Shown here in pieces: positions 28,521 to 39,159 of a DNA stretch of 64,000 bases. The translations under genes and the position numbers were made by a program. The notes under the pieces are model-generated. The model saw only the letters and a program-made list of their open reading frames with translations, was not told the DNA's origin and ran no database searches. Every line of letters starts with the position of its first letter. Position 1 is the stretch's first letter. Source of the stretch: Candidatus Poseidoniaceae archaeon (GTDB lineage: Archaea; Thermoplasmatota; Poseidoniia; Poseidoniales; Poseidoniaceae); the NCBI GenBank assembly GCA_965662895.1, contig CBFIJH010000008.1, positions 27,852 to 91,851 on the forward strand, in the 5' to 3' direction.

Positions 28521-28652
28521 GGTCATCACCTGAACAATTTGCCGACCATCGACGGGTATTTATTGCTGTCGTCGCATGACACGATGGAAAAGAGGCAAAG
28601 AAAAAGCATATTTGCAGCCATATTGATAAGTCGAGTGCAATGAAAGTCAACT

Positions 28653-29456
28653 ATGGAATACGGACTCAAAGTAGCCCTTTTGCTTTGGGCGCCTTTGGGA
28701 CTGGTGTTCCTGTCGCTTGGTCTTCAATTCAGGAAAAAGAAGACTTCGCAGAAAATCGGTAAGATGCTTGGTCTTCTCGGACTGATAACGTTTGGTCTTT
28801 CTTTTCTCACAGTTCCATCATCGCCTTCGGCTGCATCAAGCGCAATGTTCGTCAGCGTATTGCCATCGATTGGTTTGATGTTGTTGGGACTCTACTTGGC
28901 TTTGTTCTCTGGAGATATACCGGTTCGAAGATTCAGCCCGGCTATGCGTCCGTTCGGATTGTTGATGTTTCTTCTCGGATTTGCACTTCTCGAGTCGATG
29001 CATTGGCATGAAAACAGCATGCTACCATCGACAACATGGGATGGTGAAACAAACAAATTCTGGCTCATTTTCCGGCCCACCTTCTTGTTGTCCATGAGCA
29101 GTTTTTTGCTTGCAGGAGGCTACTTCGTGAACCTTGTCGGAAAACGAATCAGTCAAACCTCCCGAGTCCTGTATCTCACTGGAGGATTCTCCTTCATGCT
29201 CATGATCGTTAGTGTTCTCTATGATGGCACGAGCACAACCGCAGATGAGTTTCATAATTCAGTTTTGCTTGCAATAAGCGATATACTTGGATTCCTTTCT
29301 GGAATTGGCCTCAGTGTCCTTCTTTTCACCCTTACTATTTGGCAATTTGAACGAAAGCGTCCTCCGTTAACTCAACTCCCTCCACCATCACAAAGCCAGC
29401 TCGAAAAGGCATCTGAAATCATTCAACAAAACCTACGAGGTGATGAAGATGAATAA
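28653..29456 (+). CDS. Multi-pass membrane protein, unknown function
   Basis: About 7 hydrophobic segments. Confidence 0.7.
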   Translation: MEYGLKVALLLWAPLGLVFLSLGLQFRKKKTSQKIGKMLGLLGLITFGLSFLTVPSSPSAASSAMFVSVLPSIGLMLLGLYLALFSGDIPVRRFSPAMRPFGLLMFLLGFALLESMHWHENSMLPSTTWDGETNKFWLIFRPTFLLSMSSFLLAGGYFVNLVGKRISQTSRVLYLTGGFSFMLMIVSVLYDGTSTTADEFHNSVLLAISDILGFLSGIGLSVLLFTLTIWQFERKRPPLTQLPPPSQSQLEKASEIIQQNLRGDEDE

Positions 29457-29892
29457 CCGCATAGGAATTAAGCAACTGGTTACTGCAGGATTGCTTTTCC
29501 TTCTTCCTGCAATGACCATCGTACTTCTTCAAAGCGATTCGACCTACGATACTGAGCGCGGATTGACCCGTTTCTTCAACGCCTTCTTGACCTCGTACAC
29601 GATCTTCTCCGTGTTTTTTGTCGTTAACATGTTTCAATACTCAAAAAGTCGCGAGGAGCCCACTGCACCATGGATATCGATGGTTTATGCCGCAGTTCTT
29701 GGAATCTTTGTAATCCTTTTGCTTACCTCTCAAGGAGGACTGTTGATGGAAGAGAATGGGTCGCAGCGTGCTCAAATCTTGTACAACATCATTCACTTCA
29801 TCGTCACGAGTGTTGCGATTTTGACAGCGATTTCGATATTGGTCTTGCTCTCGTTTGTGAATCTTGACTCAAAAAACCAAGATGAATCATGA
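29443..29892 (+). CDS. 4-TM membrane protein, unknown function
   Basis: Hydrophobic ORF overlapping the upstream stop; SD GAGGTGA. Confidence 0.65.
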   Translation: MKMNNRIGIKQLVTAGLLFLLPAMTIVLLQSDSTYDTERGLTRFFNAFLTSYTIFSVFFVVNMFQYSKSREEPTAPWISMVYAAVLGIFVILLLTSQGGLLMEENGSQRAQILYNIIHFIVTSVAILTAISILVLLSFVNLDSKNQDES

Positions 29893-29965
29893 CCCTACTG
29901 AAACGAAACCGCCATCGTTGACTTCATAAGGAGGAGGTAGGTGGCGAAGATATCGAGGTGAGCAT

Positions 29966-30145
29966 TTGTCAAAGGGTACACCATCCATGGGTCGTCGACA
30001 AAAGACAACACACATCCGCTGCAGACGCTGTGGACGCAACGCATATCACAAGCAAAAGAGCGTTTGCGCTTCATGCGGATACGGCAAGACTGCACGAATG
30101 CGCACCTACAGCTGGAACAAAAAATCCCACCGACCTAAGGCTTGA
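29966..30145 (+). CDS. rpl37e: 50S ribosomal protein eL37 (L37e); not in the ORF track (59 aa, TTG start)
   Basis: Manual translation [50 protein letters not shown]...; SD GAGGTGA just upstream. Confidence 0.95.
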   Translation: MSKGTPSMGRRQKTTHIRCRRCGRNAYHKQKSVCASCGYGKTARMRTYSWNKKSHRPKA

Positions 30146-30204
30146 GCCACAACAAGGGGAAGGAATACAAAGGCGGCGCGACTGTCCGCAACAAAGGGAC
30201 TCAC

Positions 30205-31746
30205 ATGTGCGGCATTATCGGTATCGTCGGAAGGGCTGGTTCGAACGTGAATCAGGCGCTTTACGACGGCCTTACTGTTCTCCAACATCGCGGCCAAGAT
30301 GCAGCAGGCATCATGACAGAGAAGAATGAGAAATTCAACCTTCGTAAAGGAAATGGGTTGGTTTCGGACGTTTTTTACAAGCGACATATGCAAAAGTTGC
30401 TTGGCCACATTGGAATCGGCCATGTTCGATACCCTACAGCAGGATCTTCCTCGACGGCAGAAGCCCAGCCTTTCTACGTCAATTCTCCTTACGGTCTTGC
30501 TCTAGCGCACAATGGGAATCTAACCAACAGTTCAGAAATAGCCCGAGAATTAGTTGTCAACCATCGGCGCCATGTCAACACAACGAGCGATTCAGAAGTA
30601 CTCCTGAATCACCTTGCTGTTCAACTCGACATCCTGAGCGACCAAATGAGCATCGATGGCGAGCCGTTTCTTGATGTTGATTCATTCTTTGATGCCATAA
30701 CAACCGTGAACGAAACGGTTCAGGGAGGTTATGCATGCGTCGGAATGGTCAATGGTTACGGACTGTTTGCATTCAGGGACCCTCACGGCATTCGCCCCCT
30801 CATCTATGGGAAGCGTGAATACGATGGAGGCACAGAATGGGTCGTTGCCAGTGAATCTGTAGCAATTACCGCTCTCGGATTTGAGATCGTTGCTGATGTA
30901 CAGCCAGGTGAGGCGATTTTCATCTCCACCTCTGGCCATTTGTTTACCAAGCAATGTGCAGAAAAGAAGGCATTCACACCTTGCATTTTCGAACACGTCT
31001 ACTTTGCCCGTCCTGATTCAACGATTGATGGGATTTCTGTTTATCAAGCTCGGCTCAATCAAGGCAAGCGACTTGCAGAGCGCTTGATCGAGGATTGGCC
31101 AGACCATGACATTGACGTTGTGATACCTGTCCCGGATTCAGGGCGAATATCCGCAATCCAAATGGCGAATTCACTGAACCTTCCATATCGAGAAGGATTT
31201 GTAAAAAACCGATATGTTGGACGGACCTTCATCATGCCGGGGCAAGAAATGCGAATGAAATCTGTTCGGCGAAAACTTAACGCCATTCCGAGAGAATTTG
31301 AGGGCAAGAATGTCCTGCTTGTTGATGATTCGATTGTTCGCGGGACCACAAGTGCCCAGATTATCGAGATGGCTCGAGAAGTCGGTGCGAACAAAGTGTA
31401 TTTTGCATCTGCAGCACCTCCCGTCCGTCATCCAAACGTGTACGGAATTGATATGCCAGCTGTTGATGAGTTTATTGCTAATGGAAAATCAATCGATGAA
31501 ATCAATTCAACAATTGGTTCAGATCGTCTCTTTTACCAACGACTCGATGACCTTGAGGAAGTGACTGGGCATGAGGATACCAACATCGATGGATTCGACA
31601 GTTCGTGCTTCAACGGAGAATACATTACAGGAAACATTGACCAAGCATACCTCGAAAAACTTCGTTCTGAACGAAACGATGCATCAAAGCAAGAAAAATT
31701 AGCCGGGGATGAACAAGGCATCGATATGCACAATGATGAGGAATGA
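30205..31746 (+). CDS. purF: Amidophosphoribosyltransferase
   Basis: [53 protein letters not shown]. Confidence 0.97.
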   Translation: MCGIIGIVGRAGSNVNQALYDGLTVLQHRGQDAAGIMTEKNEKFNLRKGNGLVSDVFYKRHMQKLLGHIGIGHVRYPTAGSSSTAEAQPFYVNSPYGLALAHNGNLTNSSEIARELVVNHRRHVNTTSDSEVLLNHLAVQLDILSDQMSIDGEPFLDVDSFFDAITTVNETVQGGYACVGMVNGYGLFAFRDPHGIRPLIYGKREYDGGTEWVVASESVAITALGFEIVADVQPGEAIFISTSGHLFTKQCAEKKAFTPCIFEHVYFARPDSTIDGISVYQARLNQGKRLAERLIEDWPDHDIDVVIPVPDSGRISAIQMANSLNLPYREGFVKNRYVGRTFIMPGQEMRMKSVRRKLNAIPREFEGKNVLLVDDSIVRGTTSAQIIEMAREVGANKVYFASAAPPVRHPNVYGIDMPAVDEFIANGKSIDEINSTIGSDRLFYQRLDDLEEVTGHEDTNIDGFDSSCFNGEYITGNIDQAYLEKLRSERNDASKQEKLAGDEQGIDMHNDEE

Positions 31747-31774
31747 ATCAATACGTTGTATTCTCGTCAGCAGT

Positions 31775-34700
31775 TCAATCCCATTTCAGCCAATGGACGC
31801 TTGAATTTGCAGTTCGATACCACCATTCCCCACTGTTTTGGGGCCATTCAACCCATTCATATCCATCATCATTGACCGCTCCAACTGCGTCAATTGGAGG
31901 TTGTCCATTTCCTGTTGGTTGGTGCTCAAACGCTTGCTGAGTGGTTTCATCTCCACCACTCATAGCCAATTTTTCTTGGAGGAGTTTCGTTCGGTCCTCT
32001 GAATCGAGAGCACCTGCTAAACCGAAGTAGGCATCATTGTGGGCGATTTGATACAACTCTCGAGGTGTTGATGCAAGTAAATCGTCAATCAACGTGAAGA
32101 GTTTCTCTCGGGTCTGTTTTTTGATCTCATTGTTGGTGTATCGACCAGTCAAATCGCCTTTTAGTTGGTTCAATTCTTCAGCAAGTTCCTGCGGATTATC
32201 GAAATAGGCTTGAACAATGGATTGCAGATACGTCAATTCGTTTCGCTCCTCCTTCGTTAATTTCGAATTCTTTCGCAGCACCTGTACCCAACGGAACGCA
32301 TCAGGAAGCAAGGCAGCTGCTGCATTGGTCTGAAGCAACGTGAACAATGCGAGCAAGACCGCACTAATTCCAAGAGTTGTCGTGACGGTATCTCCTCCAG
32401 AAAAGAAAGATTCCGTCTCAGAATTGGTTTCTTCGTCATTTTCAGATTCTTGAAGTTCACAGCCAAGAGCATCGACAACAGTCCCTTCAGGCGTTCCTGG
32501 ACACTCGTCATTTTGGTTTTCAACACCATCGGAATCAGTATCCAACAACAACAATTGAGCATCGCTGCAACCCACCCCATCGACACTCTGTCCTAATTCG
32601 GTCGATGGACACGCATCATCTGAGTCAAGGATTCCATCGCCATCTGTATCATCGAAACAGCCATCTCCATTTTCGTCAAGTTCAGATGCGTTCACTTCAG
32701 GGCACTGATCATAGATGTCCTCGACACCGTCCCCATCAGAATCAAGCAAAATCAAACAACCTGTTTCGTCGACCATACCTGTCTCAGAGGTGTTGGGACA
32801 AGCATCCATTGAGTCATCAACACCATCGCCATCAGAATCTGCCGAACGGTTGCCATCGTTCGGGAAGGCATCGCTGTTGTCACCAACACCATCGCCATCC
32901 GAATCTGTCGTTTCCGTACCATCGCTCGGGAAGGCATCCGCATTATCTCCCACACCGTCGCCATCTGAATCCTCAGATTCGGTTGCATCGTTCGGGAACG
33001 CATCGGTATTGTCGCCGACGCCATCACCATCCGAATCAAATTGTTCAAAGGCATTCGTTGGGAAGGCATCTGCATTATCGCCAATACCATCACCATCGGT
33101 ATCCTTGGATTCTGTTGCATCGTTGGGGAATTCATCGGCATTGTCGCCTACACCATCGCCATCGGAATCCAATTGCTCAAAGGCATTTGAAGGGAAAGCG
33201 TCGGCATTATCTCCCACTCCATCCCCATCTGAATCGTCGGTTTCGGTCGCATCGTTTGGGAAAGCGTCGGCATTGTCACCAACACCGTCACCATCGCTGT
33301 CCATCCATTCGTTGGCGTTGTTCGGGAACGCATCGCCACTGTTGCTGTAGCCATCGCCGTCATCGTCAGGACAGCCGTTTACATCCTGAGTTGAGGTTCC
33401 AGCTGCCTCTTCGCAATCGTCGCTCGCATTTGGAATACCATCTCCATCCAAGTCATTTTGATCTATGAATTCGAAGGTGGAGGAGAGTTGGTGTTCAACG
33501 CCCTCATGATCAATGATGGAAACTGTAACAATTCCAGGATTTGCAACAGCGGGTGTTGTGAGCCGGATGGTTGAGTCATCGATGACGTCTGCTGTGACCG
33601 ATCCATATTGACCAAACTTGACCGTTACCTCATTTGTGACACTCACGCCCGTTGATTTCGTCGCGTATCGGAGCACTCCGTTTGTTTCATCGGTGTAGGC
33701 AACATGGATTGTGCCCCCATCATCGATCAAAATCGAATTCGATTCTCCTGTACCGTCGCCCGCACTACCACCAGTTTCAAGGGTACTGACTTGCCAGTTC
33801 GACGAGGATGGATTCAGCGTGGCATACTTCAACTTCCATCCGCTCCAAGAGCGGTACACAATGTGCGGGTCGCCTGCAGCATCAATGGCAATGGAAGGCT
33901 CTCGACCAGTATGCCCTGATGCATCAACAATCGTGGTTGTCCAAGCTCCGTTTGGTATACCGACTGAATAGAGCAAGTCTTCGTTGTCCTCATGACTATC
34001 GAAGTGGGCGATGTGGAATTGGCCTTGGTGATCCACGGCCAACGATGTGTGGGAGCCAGGATAGCCGGTGCTGAATCCACCGGAGTCTACGCCGTAAGGA
34101 ATCCAAGAGCCGCTTTTGTTCGTTGTAAATTTCAATTTTGATTGGCTTCGGTCGAGATAGGAGATGTATGCTTTGTCGTTCCTATCGATAAGGAGTGCAG
34201 AATCGCATCCCTTGTTGCTTCCTGAATCAACGGCATTGGTCGTCCATCCTGTTCCGTCAAACGAAGCAAGGTAAAGTCCACCACCGCAGTACTGGCCATT
34301 TGCAGTAAAGGAAATATGAGGGTGATTGTGTGAATCGAGAGCAATTCCCACTGGACCAACTTTTGCGTTTGAGGATACTTGTGTTGAGTTCCAATTGCTG
34401 CCATCATAGCGCATGTACACCAACTTGTTTGTGTTTGTCGAATAAGCAGCATGAAGTTCATCGTTGTCATCAATCACCATGTCAGTTCCCCAACAATAAC
34501 TCCCTTCGCAGTTTTTGATACCCGAGGGCGTCCATGACGTACCATCGTAGACACTGTGTGTGAAAGCATAGCCATCACCACTGGCATGAACGATGTGAAC
34601 GTGACCATTTGAATCAACTGCAATCGCGTTTTCATGGCCTGCCTCGTTGCCAAAATCTGCAGTCGTTTTCGTCCATTGGTGATTGATCCCGTCGTATGTT

Positions 34701-34909
34701 ACATTCGTATCGTCAAGGTCTGAAAAACCGCTACCAGTAATGGAGATTTCCTGTCCGCCAGTAATCCAACCAGAACTTGATGAAAGCGATGTTTGAAGAG
34801 GACTTGAGAAATGAGTATGCGTACTCAAATCATCCAATTCGTTGGAGTGGTTGACGAATGGAGACATGGTTACGGTAAGGAAAATAACGGCTACAAACCA
34901 TACACGCAT
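31775..34909 (-). CDS. Large cell-surface protein: signal peptide, beta-propeller inserted in an IPT/TIG domain, thrombospondin type 3 Ca-binding repeats, TM helix, cytoplasmic domain
   Basis: Repeated SIAxD..G..HI.Y blades; many DSDGDGVGDNADAFP repeats; TM segment; Trp-rich C-terminal tail. Confidence 0.85.
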   Translation of the reverse strand: MRVWFVAVIFLTVTMSPFVNHSNELDDLSTHTHFSSPLQTSLSSSSGWITGGQEISITGSGFSDLDDTNVTYDGINHQWTKTTADFGNEAGHENAIAVDSNGHVHIVHASGDGYAFTHSVYDGTSWTPSGIKNCEGSYCWGTDMVIDDNDELHAAYSTNTNKLVYMRYDGSNWNSTQVSSNAKVGPVGIALDSHNHPHISFTANGQYCGGGLYLASFDGTGWTTNAVDSGSNKGCDSALLIDRNDKAYISYLDRSQSKLKFTTNKSGSWIPYGVDSGGFSTGYPGSHTSLAVDHQGQFHIAHFDSHEDNEDLLYSVGIPNGAWTTTIVDASGHTGREPSIAIDAAGDPHIVYRSWSGWKLKYATLNPSSSNWQVSTLETGGSAGDGTGESNSILIDDGGTIHVAYTDETNGVLRYATKSTGVSVTNEVTVKFGQYGSVTADVIDDSTIRLTTPAVANPGIVTVSIIDHEGVEHQLSSTFEFIDQNDLDGDGIPNASDDCEEAAGTSTQDVNGCPDDDGDGYSNSGDAFPNNANEWMDSDGDGVGDNADAFPNDATETDDSDGDGVGDNADAFPSNAFEQLDSDGDGVGDNADEFPNDATESKDTDGDGIGDNADAFPTNAFEQFDSDGDGVGDNTDAFPNDATESEDSDGDGVGDNADAFPSDGTETTDSDGDGVGDNSDAFPNDGNRSADSDGDGVDDSMDACPNTSETGMVDETGCLILLDSDGDGVEDIYDQCPEVNASELDENGDGCFDDTDGDGILDSDDACPSTELGQSVDGVGCSDAQLLLLDTDSDGVENQNDECPGTPEGTVVDALGCELQESENDEETNSETESFFSGGDTVTTTLGISAVLLALFTLLQTNAAAALLPDAFRWVQVLRKNSKLTKEERNELTYLQSIVQAYFDNPQELAEELNQLKGDLTGRYTNNEIKKQTREKLFTLIDDLLASTPRELYQIAHNDAYFGLAGALDSEDRTKLLQEKLAMSGGDETTQQAFEHQPTGNGQPPIDAVGAVNDDGYEWVEWPQNSGEWWYRTANSSVHWLKWD
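32430..33460 (-). repeat. Coding tandem repeats (thrombospondin type 3, 23-aa/69-bp unit in the core)
   Basis: DSDGDGVGDNADAFPNDATE.. repeated about 8 times, flanked by Cys-containing variants. Confidence 0.9.
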
Positions 34910-35016
34910 GTTAAATGCTCGGCAGCGGCTTAAAAAATGCTTTTGTATCAATTGTGGAACAAACCCATTGAACCATTGACACATGAGCATATAACTAACG
35001 AACACGTGTGACATTC

Positions 35017-36576
35017 ATGGTCGCAACACTTCCCCTGATTGAAGCCATTCATCAGAAGGCAAGTGTTACGGCCATTGCTTTGCATCCAACCTCTGGACAC
35101 CTTTTGATTGGCAACAAAGACGGTTTGGTTCAGTGCATTGATGCACGAAGCGACATGAACAAAGTTCTCGCAAAAATACAAGTCCAATCGAAAATTATTG
35201 ATGTGGCTTGGAGTACAAACAAGATTGTCATCCTCGATGAAACCAACGGATTGCATGTTTATTCAATGGATGCAGATGAACTGTGGACCTCAGAATTTGA
35301 AGCAGGAGGCGCTCAATTGAATGTAGGTAAGCAAATTCTTGCACTCGATGGAATTGGTACATTACGCCAGTACACTCTCGATGGCCAAGCGTATACGAAT
35401 GTTCAGCGAGACGTTCGATCGTTCTCGGCGAGAAACGATTCGATTCAACTCATCCTTGAAGACCAAACTGTCGCTACGACCGACGATCAACTGAATGTTC
35501 TCTTTCGACGGAAACAACGAGGCGAATTTGGCGAAGATATTGTCGCAGTAGGCGCCGGCCAGGGAAAGACATGGTTTGTTGCAAGAGAAGGACACGCTCT
35601 TGTTCCTGGCGAGGAAGAAGCTCTTGAAATCGAGATTTATGCAGACGACCAATTGCTTCATCGTGATGAATTGAAAGGGCGGGTGAAAGCATCTGCATCG
35701 AACGCCTCATGTCACTACCTTGGGTTGGACAACGGTGATATCTTTGCAGTCGAAGGTCGAAATCTCCGTCAATTAACTTCCTTCAGTTATCCAATTCAAT
35801 GCTTAGCTATTCATGAAAAAACTGTAATTGTTGGAACCTGGTTCTACATCTATGGATTTGATATCGAAACAGATGAAGTCGTTTGGCAAATCGAGCATAA
35901 GGGCATGATTGAAGGTTTGCAAATTGATGATTCAGGACATCTTGCTTTCTTTGGAGAGGATCAGAATGACTGGACAGGAGCTGAACCCGTGGGCATTTGC
36001 GATCTGAACCAAAAACGGGTTGATGTTGATGCATCTTTCCTGCAAGGTTGGTTTGAAGAAGAAATCGTTGAGGTAGAAACCAATCCGGAAGTTGTCTATA
36101 GAAACGTTGATGATTTCACGAATTTACTCTCCGAAGAAGAACAAGAATCCTACAAACAAAATCAGAATGATTTCAATATTGGACTCGATTCACTCGTCGA
36201 TGCGATGAATGAAGTGGTCTCTGTTGAAACGGGAGATAATGAGCAAGATGATTTTAACGATTTGCTTCAATTTTTGCATGAAGATGCTGATGAAATCATT
36301 CTTCCGAAGGCATACGCTGGAGAGAATCAGTCGGTGCGCTTGGTCGATTCAGAGGCAGCTATCGTCACATTGGATGGGTCGCAATCCTCCGATCCACAAG
36401 ACAGGATTGAGTCGTGGTCATGGCTCGATTCAACTGGACGTGAGATTTCAACCGAACCGAAGGTGCGTGTCAAATTATCCTCGGGCAGTCACCGGTTCGA
36501 ACTAAGGGTGTTTGATTCAGAAGGCGGTATGACATCCGATTCCATTCAGATTACGATTGAATCCTCAGACTCATGA
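35017..36576 (+). CDS. WD40/PQQ-like beta-propeller protein with acidic linker and C-terminal PKD domain
   Basis: N-terminal WD-like blades; PKAYAGENQ..TLDGSQSSDP...WSW...GSH.F.LRV.D..G PKD signature. Confidence 0.75.
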   Translation: MVATLPLIEAIHQKASVTAIALHPTSGHLLIGNKDGLVQCIDARSDMNKVLAKIQVQSKIIDVAWSTNKIVILDETNGLHVYSMDADELWTSEFEAGGAQLNVGKQILALDGIGTLRQYTLDGQAYTNVQRDVRSFSARNDSIQLILEDQTVATTDDQLNVLFRRKQRGEFGEDIVAVGAGQGKTWFVAREGHALVPGEEEALEIEIYADDQLLHRDELKGRVKASASNASCHYLGLDNGDIFAVEGRNLRQLTSFSYPIQCLAIHEKTVIVGTWFYIYGFDIETDEVVWQIEHKGMIEGLQIDDSGHLAFFGEDQNDWTGAEPVGICDLNQKRVDVDASFLQGWFEEEIVEVETNPEVVYRNVDDFTNLLSEEEQESYKQNQNDFNIGLDSLVDAMNEVVSVETGDNEQDDFNDLLQFLHEDADEIILPKAYAGENQSVRLVDSEAAIVTLDGSQSSDPQDRIESWSWLDSTGREISTEPKVRVKLSSGSHRFELRVFDSEGGMTSDSIQITIESSDS

Positions 36577-36598
36577 AGGAGAAGGCCTTAGCGTAATC

Positions 36599-37354
36599 AT
36601 GGGCGTTCATTCTCCACTCATCGAGAACTTTCTTGTCGGCCCTCTACAAATGCGATGCTCAGTTGTTACCGATTGTGCAACCGGGGACACGGTCATCATT
36701 GATGGAGGTGATGAGCCTCAACGTCTTATTGATTGGATTGAATCCTGTGCAGGAACTGGCCCGCATTGGTCAACACATACAGTGGATGAAACCAAAAAAA
36801 TCCAACGAAAGGTTGTTGCTCTGCTCAACACACATGCTCATTTTGACCATAGTGGGCACATCCCTACATTGAAACAGCATTTCGATGTTGAATGGTATTT
36901 GCATCCAGATGATACGTTTTTGCAGACGCTTGCAAAGAAAGCAGCGATTCGATACGGCATCAATTTACCAGAACCTGCAATTGCAGACCATGCAATAATG
37001 GATGATCAGATACTCTCGCTTGGCTCGCTTGATTTTGAGATTCTTCATACACCTGGCCACACGCTTGGTGGATGTTGTCTCCGTCTGCTCATCGATGGGG
37101 ATGCCGATCATCTCTTTGTTGGCGATACGCTGTTTGCAGGGTCTGTTGGCCGCACCGATTTGGAAAACACTGGCGGAGACTTCAACGTCTTATCCAACAG
37201 TATTCGAACGAAACTATGGCCACTTGACCCTGCAACAATTGTGCATCCCGGACACGGTCCGCTCACAACGATTGGTCACGAGAAAGCAACAAATCCTTTC
37301 GTTGGCGATGGCGCAGGAGAATCCGGCGTCTACACGTTCGGAAAATATGCCTAG
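36599..37354 (+). CDS. MBL-fold metallo-hydrolase (glyoxalase II-like)
   Basis: THAHFDH, HTPGHT, GDTLF, PGHG. Confidence 0.92.
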   Translation: MGVHSPLIENFLVGPLQMRCSVVTDCATGDTVIIDGGDEPQRLIDWIESCAGTGPHWSTHTVDETKKIQRKVVALLNTHAHFDHSGHIPTLKQHFDVEWYLHPDDTFLQTLAKKAAIRYGINLPEPAIADHAIMDDQILSLGSLDFEILHTPGHTLGGCCLRLLIDGDADHLFVGDTLFAGSVGRTDLENTGGDFNVLSNSIRTKLWPLDPATIVHPGHGPLTTIGHEKATNPFVGDGAGESGVYTFGKYA

Positions 37355-38283
37355 CCAAGCAAGTTCGAGAGCGCATCTTGGAACACCGGCAATGTTTCTT
37401 CCCAAGTAGCAACAATTCCGTAATCAGCATGTTGGAAGATGGGCGCATCCGCATCCTTGTTGATGGCAACGATGTACTTTGAAGAGCGCATGCCTGCGAG
37501 GTGTTGGATGGCTCCAGAGATTCCGACGGCGATGTAGAGATTTGGGTTCACTGTTTTTCCAGTTTGCCCAACCTGCATCGAGTGAGGGATTTCTTCCCAC
37601 GTGTCGACGGCTGCTCTGGAGGCCCCGACTGCAGCTCCAATCGTATCTGCAACAACCTCAAGATGTGAGAAATTTGCGGGTGATCCCATACCTCGTCCAC
37701 CTGAAATGATGATGTTTGCTTCTGAGACATCCAACCGAGCACTTGCTCGTTCCATGACCTCTTGGACAGCTGTCTTCACATCGCCAGAAGCGTCAACAAC
37801 AGCGACTTCGTTTGAAGAACTTGATGAAACTGCAGAAAAGACGTTAGCACGAACTGAGAGAACAACGTCACCATTGACCGAGACAGTTTGATTTGCCTTA
37901 CCCGAGTAAATTGGCGACGTGAGATTGTTGCCTTCGATTGAGACCACATCTTGTACGACGGAGAGGCCTCTTCGCGCTGCGAGTCGTGATGCGACATCTT
38001 TGCTACGTGCAGTCGCAAGGCAAAGGATTGTACCACTTGGAAGAGCGCTATCAAGAGCACTTGCCCAACCACTACTATCGTTACCAGCGAACACATCGGA
38101 TTTGACGGCGAGTACTTTTGCAACTCCGTCATACGATGAGGCAACATTTGCGATGGATGCATCTGTGCACGGTACGACGACAGTCACATCCCCACCCATG
38201 GCTTGGGCAGCAGACACGAGCTCTGCGGTCGAAGCATTGACAGTTCCTTTTGTTAATTCAGCAATTACGATTTTGTTTGACAT
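37351..38283 (-). CDS. etfA: Electron transfer flavoprotein alpha subunit
   Basis: [34 protein letters not shown]. Confidence 0.96.
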   Translation of the reverse strand: MSNKIVIAELTKGTVNASTAELVSAAQAMGGDVTVVVPCTDASIANVASSYDGVAKVLAVKSDVFAGNDSSGWASALDSALPSGTILCLATARSKDVASRLAARRGLSVVQDVVSIEGNNLTSPIYSGKANQTVSVNGDVVLSVRANVFSAVSSSSSNEVAVVDASGDVKTAVQEVMERASARLDVSEANIIISGGRGMGSPANFSHLEVVADTIGAAVGASRAAVDTWEEIPHSMQVGQTGKTVNPNLYIAVGISGAIQHLAGMRSSKYIVAINKDADAPIFQHADYGIVATWEETLPVFQDALSNLLG

Positions 38284-38293
38284 ATCTTTCACC

Positions 38294-39037
38294 TCAAATT
38301 ACATTGGCTTCATCACGAAGAAGTTGTACAACCTCTGCAGCACTTGAACCACCTTCAAACGTCTTTCCCGCAGGCTTTGCTGCTGGCATGGAGTGGTTTG
38401 CGATGGTAACAGTTGACGCTGGGGCTTCAGCAGAAATCACCTCAACTTGAGCTCGCTTTGCCATCATGATTCCTTTGACGTTTGCCTTTCGTGGTTTGAA
38501 GTCGCCTTTGTCGCAAGAGATAACCGCTGGGAGAGGGACACGGATGTGTGCAACTCCGGCCTCAACTGGCATCGAAACTGTCACATCGTCACCAAACTCG
38601 GCACCAATGACGTTTGAAGCGTTTGACCAGCCAAGTCGCTCTGCAAGTCCTGGTCCTGTTGAACCCGCGCCGGTGTCTGCTGCAGACTTGCCGCAGTAGA
38701 CGACATTTGCGCCCAGTGTTTCGATCGCTTGCTTGAGAACGGATTGAAGCGCATTGGAGTCAAGATCAGCCCACGCGTCACCCCACACCCGTACAATGTT
38801 GTCAACACCCATTGCTTTTGCATCTTTGAGAATCTTTTCACTACCCGCCGCTCCGACGGTCAAAGCAGTGACTGTACCTCCGGCAGCTTCCTTGTGTCGA
38901 AGTGCAGTTTCAATCGCAAAACTGTCGTATGGACTCATTTCCATTTTTACTGCAGAAAGGTCGACACGACCTCCTTGGACAGAAATTTTTGCATTTGTAT
39001 CTGGAACTTGCTTGACCAATACGACAATTGTAGGCAT
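38294..39037 (-). CDS. etfB: Electron transfer flavoprotein beta subunit
   Basis: VLVKQVPD, PYD.FAIETAL, CGKSAAD. Confidence 0.95.
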   Translation of the reverse strand: MPTIVVLVKQVPDTNAKISVQGGRVDLSAVKMEMSPYDSFAIETALRHKEAAGGTVTALTVGAAGSEKILKDAKAMGVDNIVRVWGDAWADLDSNALQSVLKQAIETLGANVVYCGKSAADTGAGSTGPGLAERLGWSNASNVIGAEFGDDVTVSMPVEAGVAHIRVPLPAVISCDKGDFKPRKANVKGIMMAKRAQVEVISAEAPASTVTIANHSMPAAKPAGKTFEGGSSAAEVVQLLRDEANVI

Positions 39038-39159
39038 CACTATCATTCCTGCGAATAAGATTCGATTCATGAAGATTGGCTTTGAGCCGCTTAGAATTCT
39101 GATATGAAATGGGGAACAAACAGAACCTTTACAGGCCGTCTTTGGTCAGGCGAAACTCC

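Noticed and set aside
29958-30329. 123-aa ORF from the track
   Set aside because: Out-of-frame overlap of the real rpl37e and purF genes
32605-33468. His/Arg-rich and Ser/Pro-rich ORFs on the plus strand
   Set aside because: Antisense shadows of the TSP3 repeat coding region
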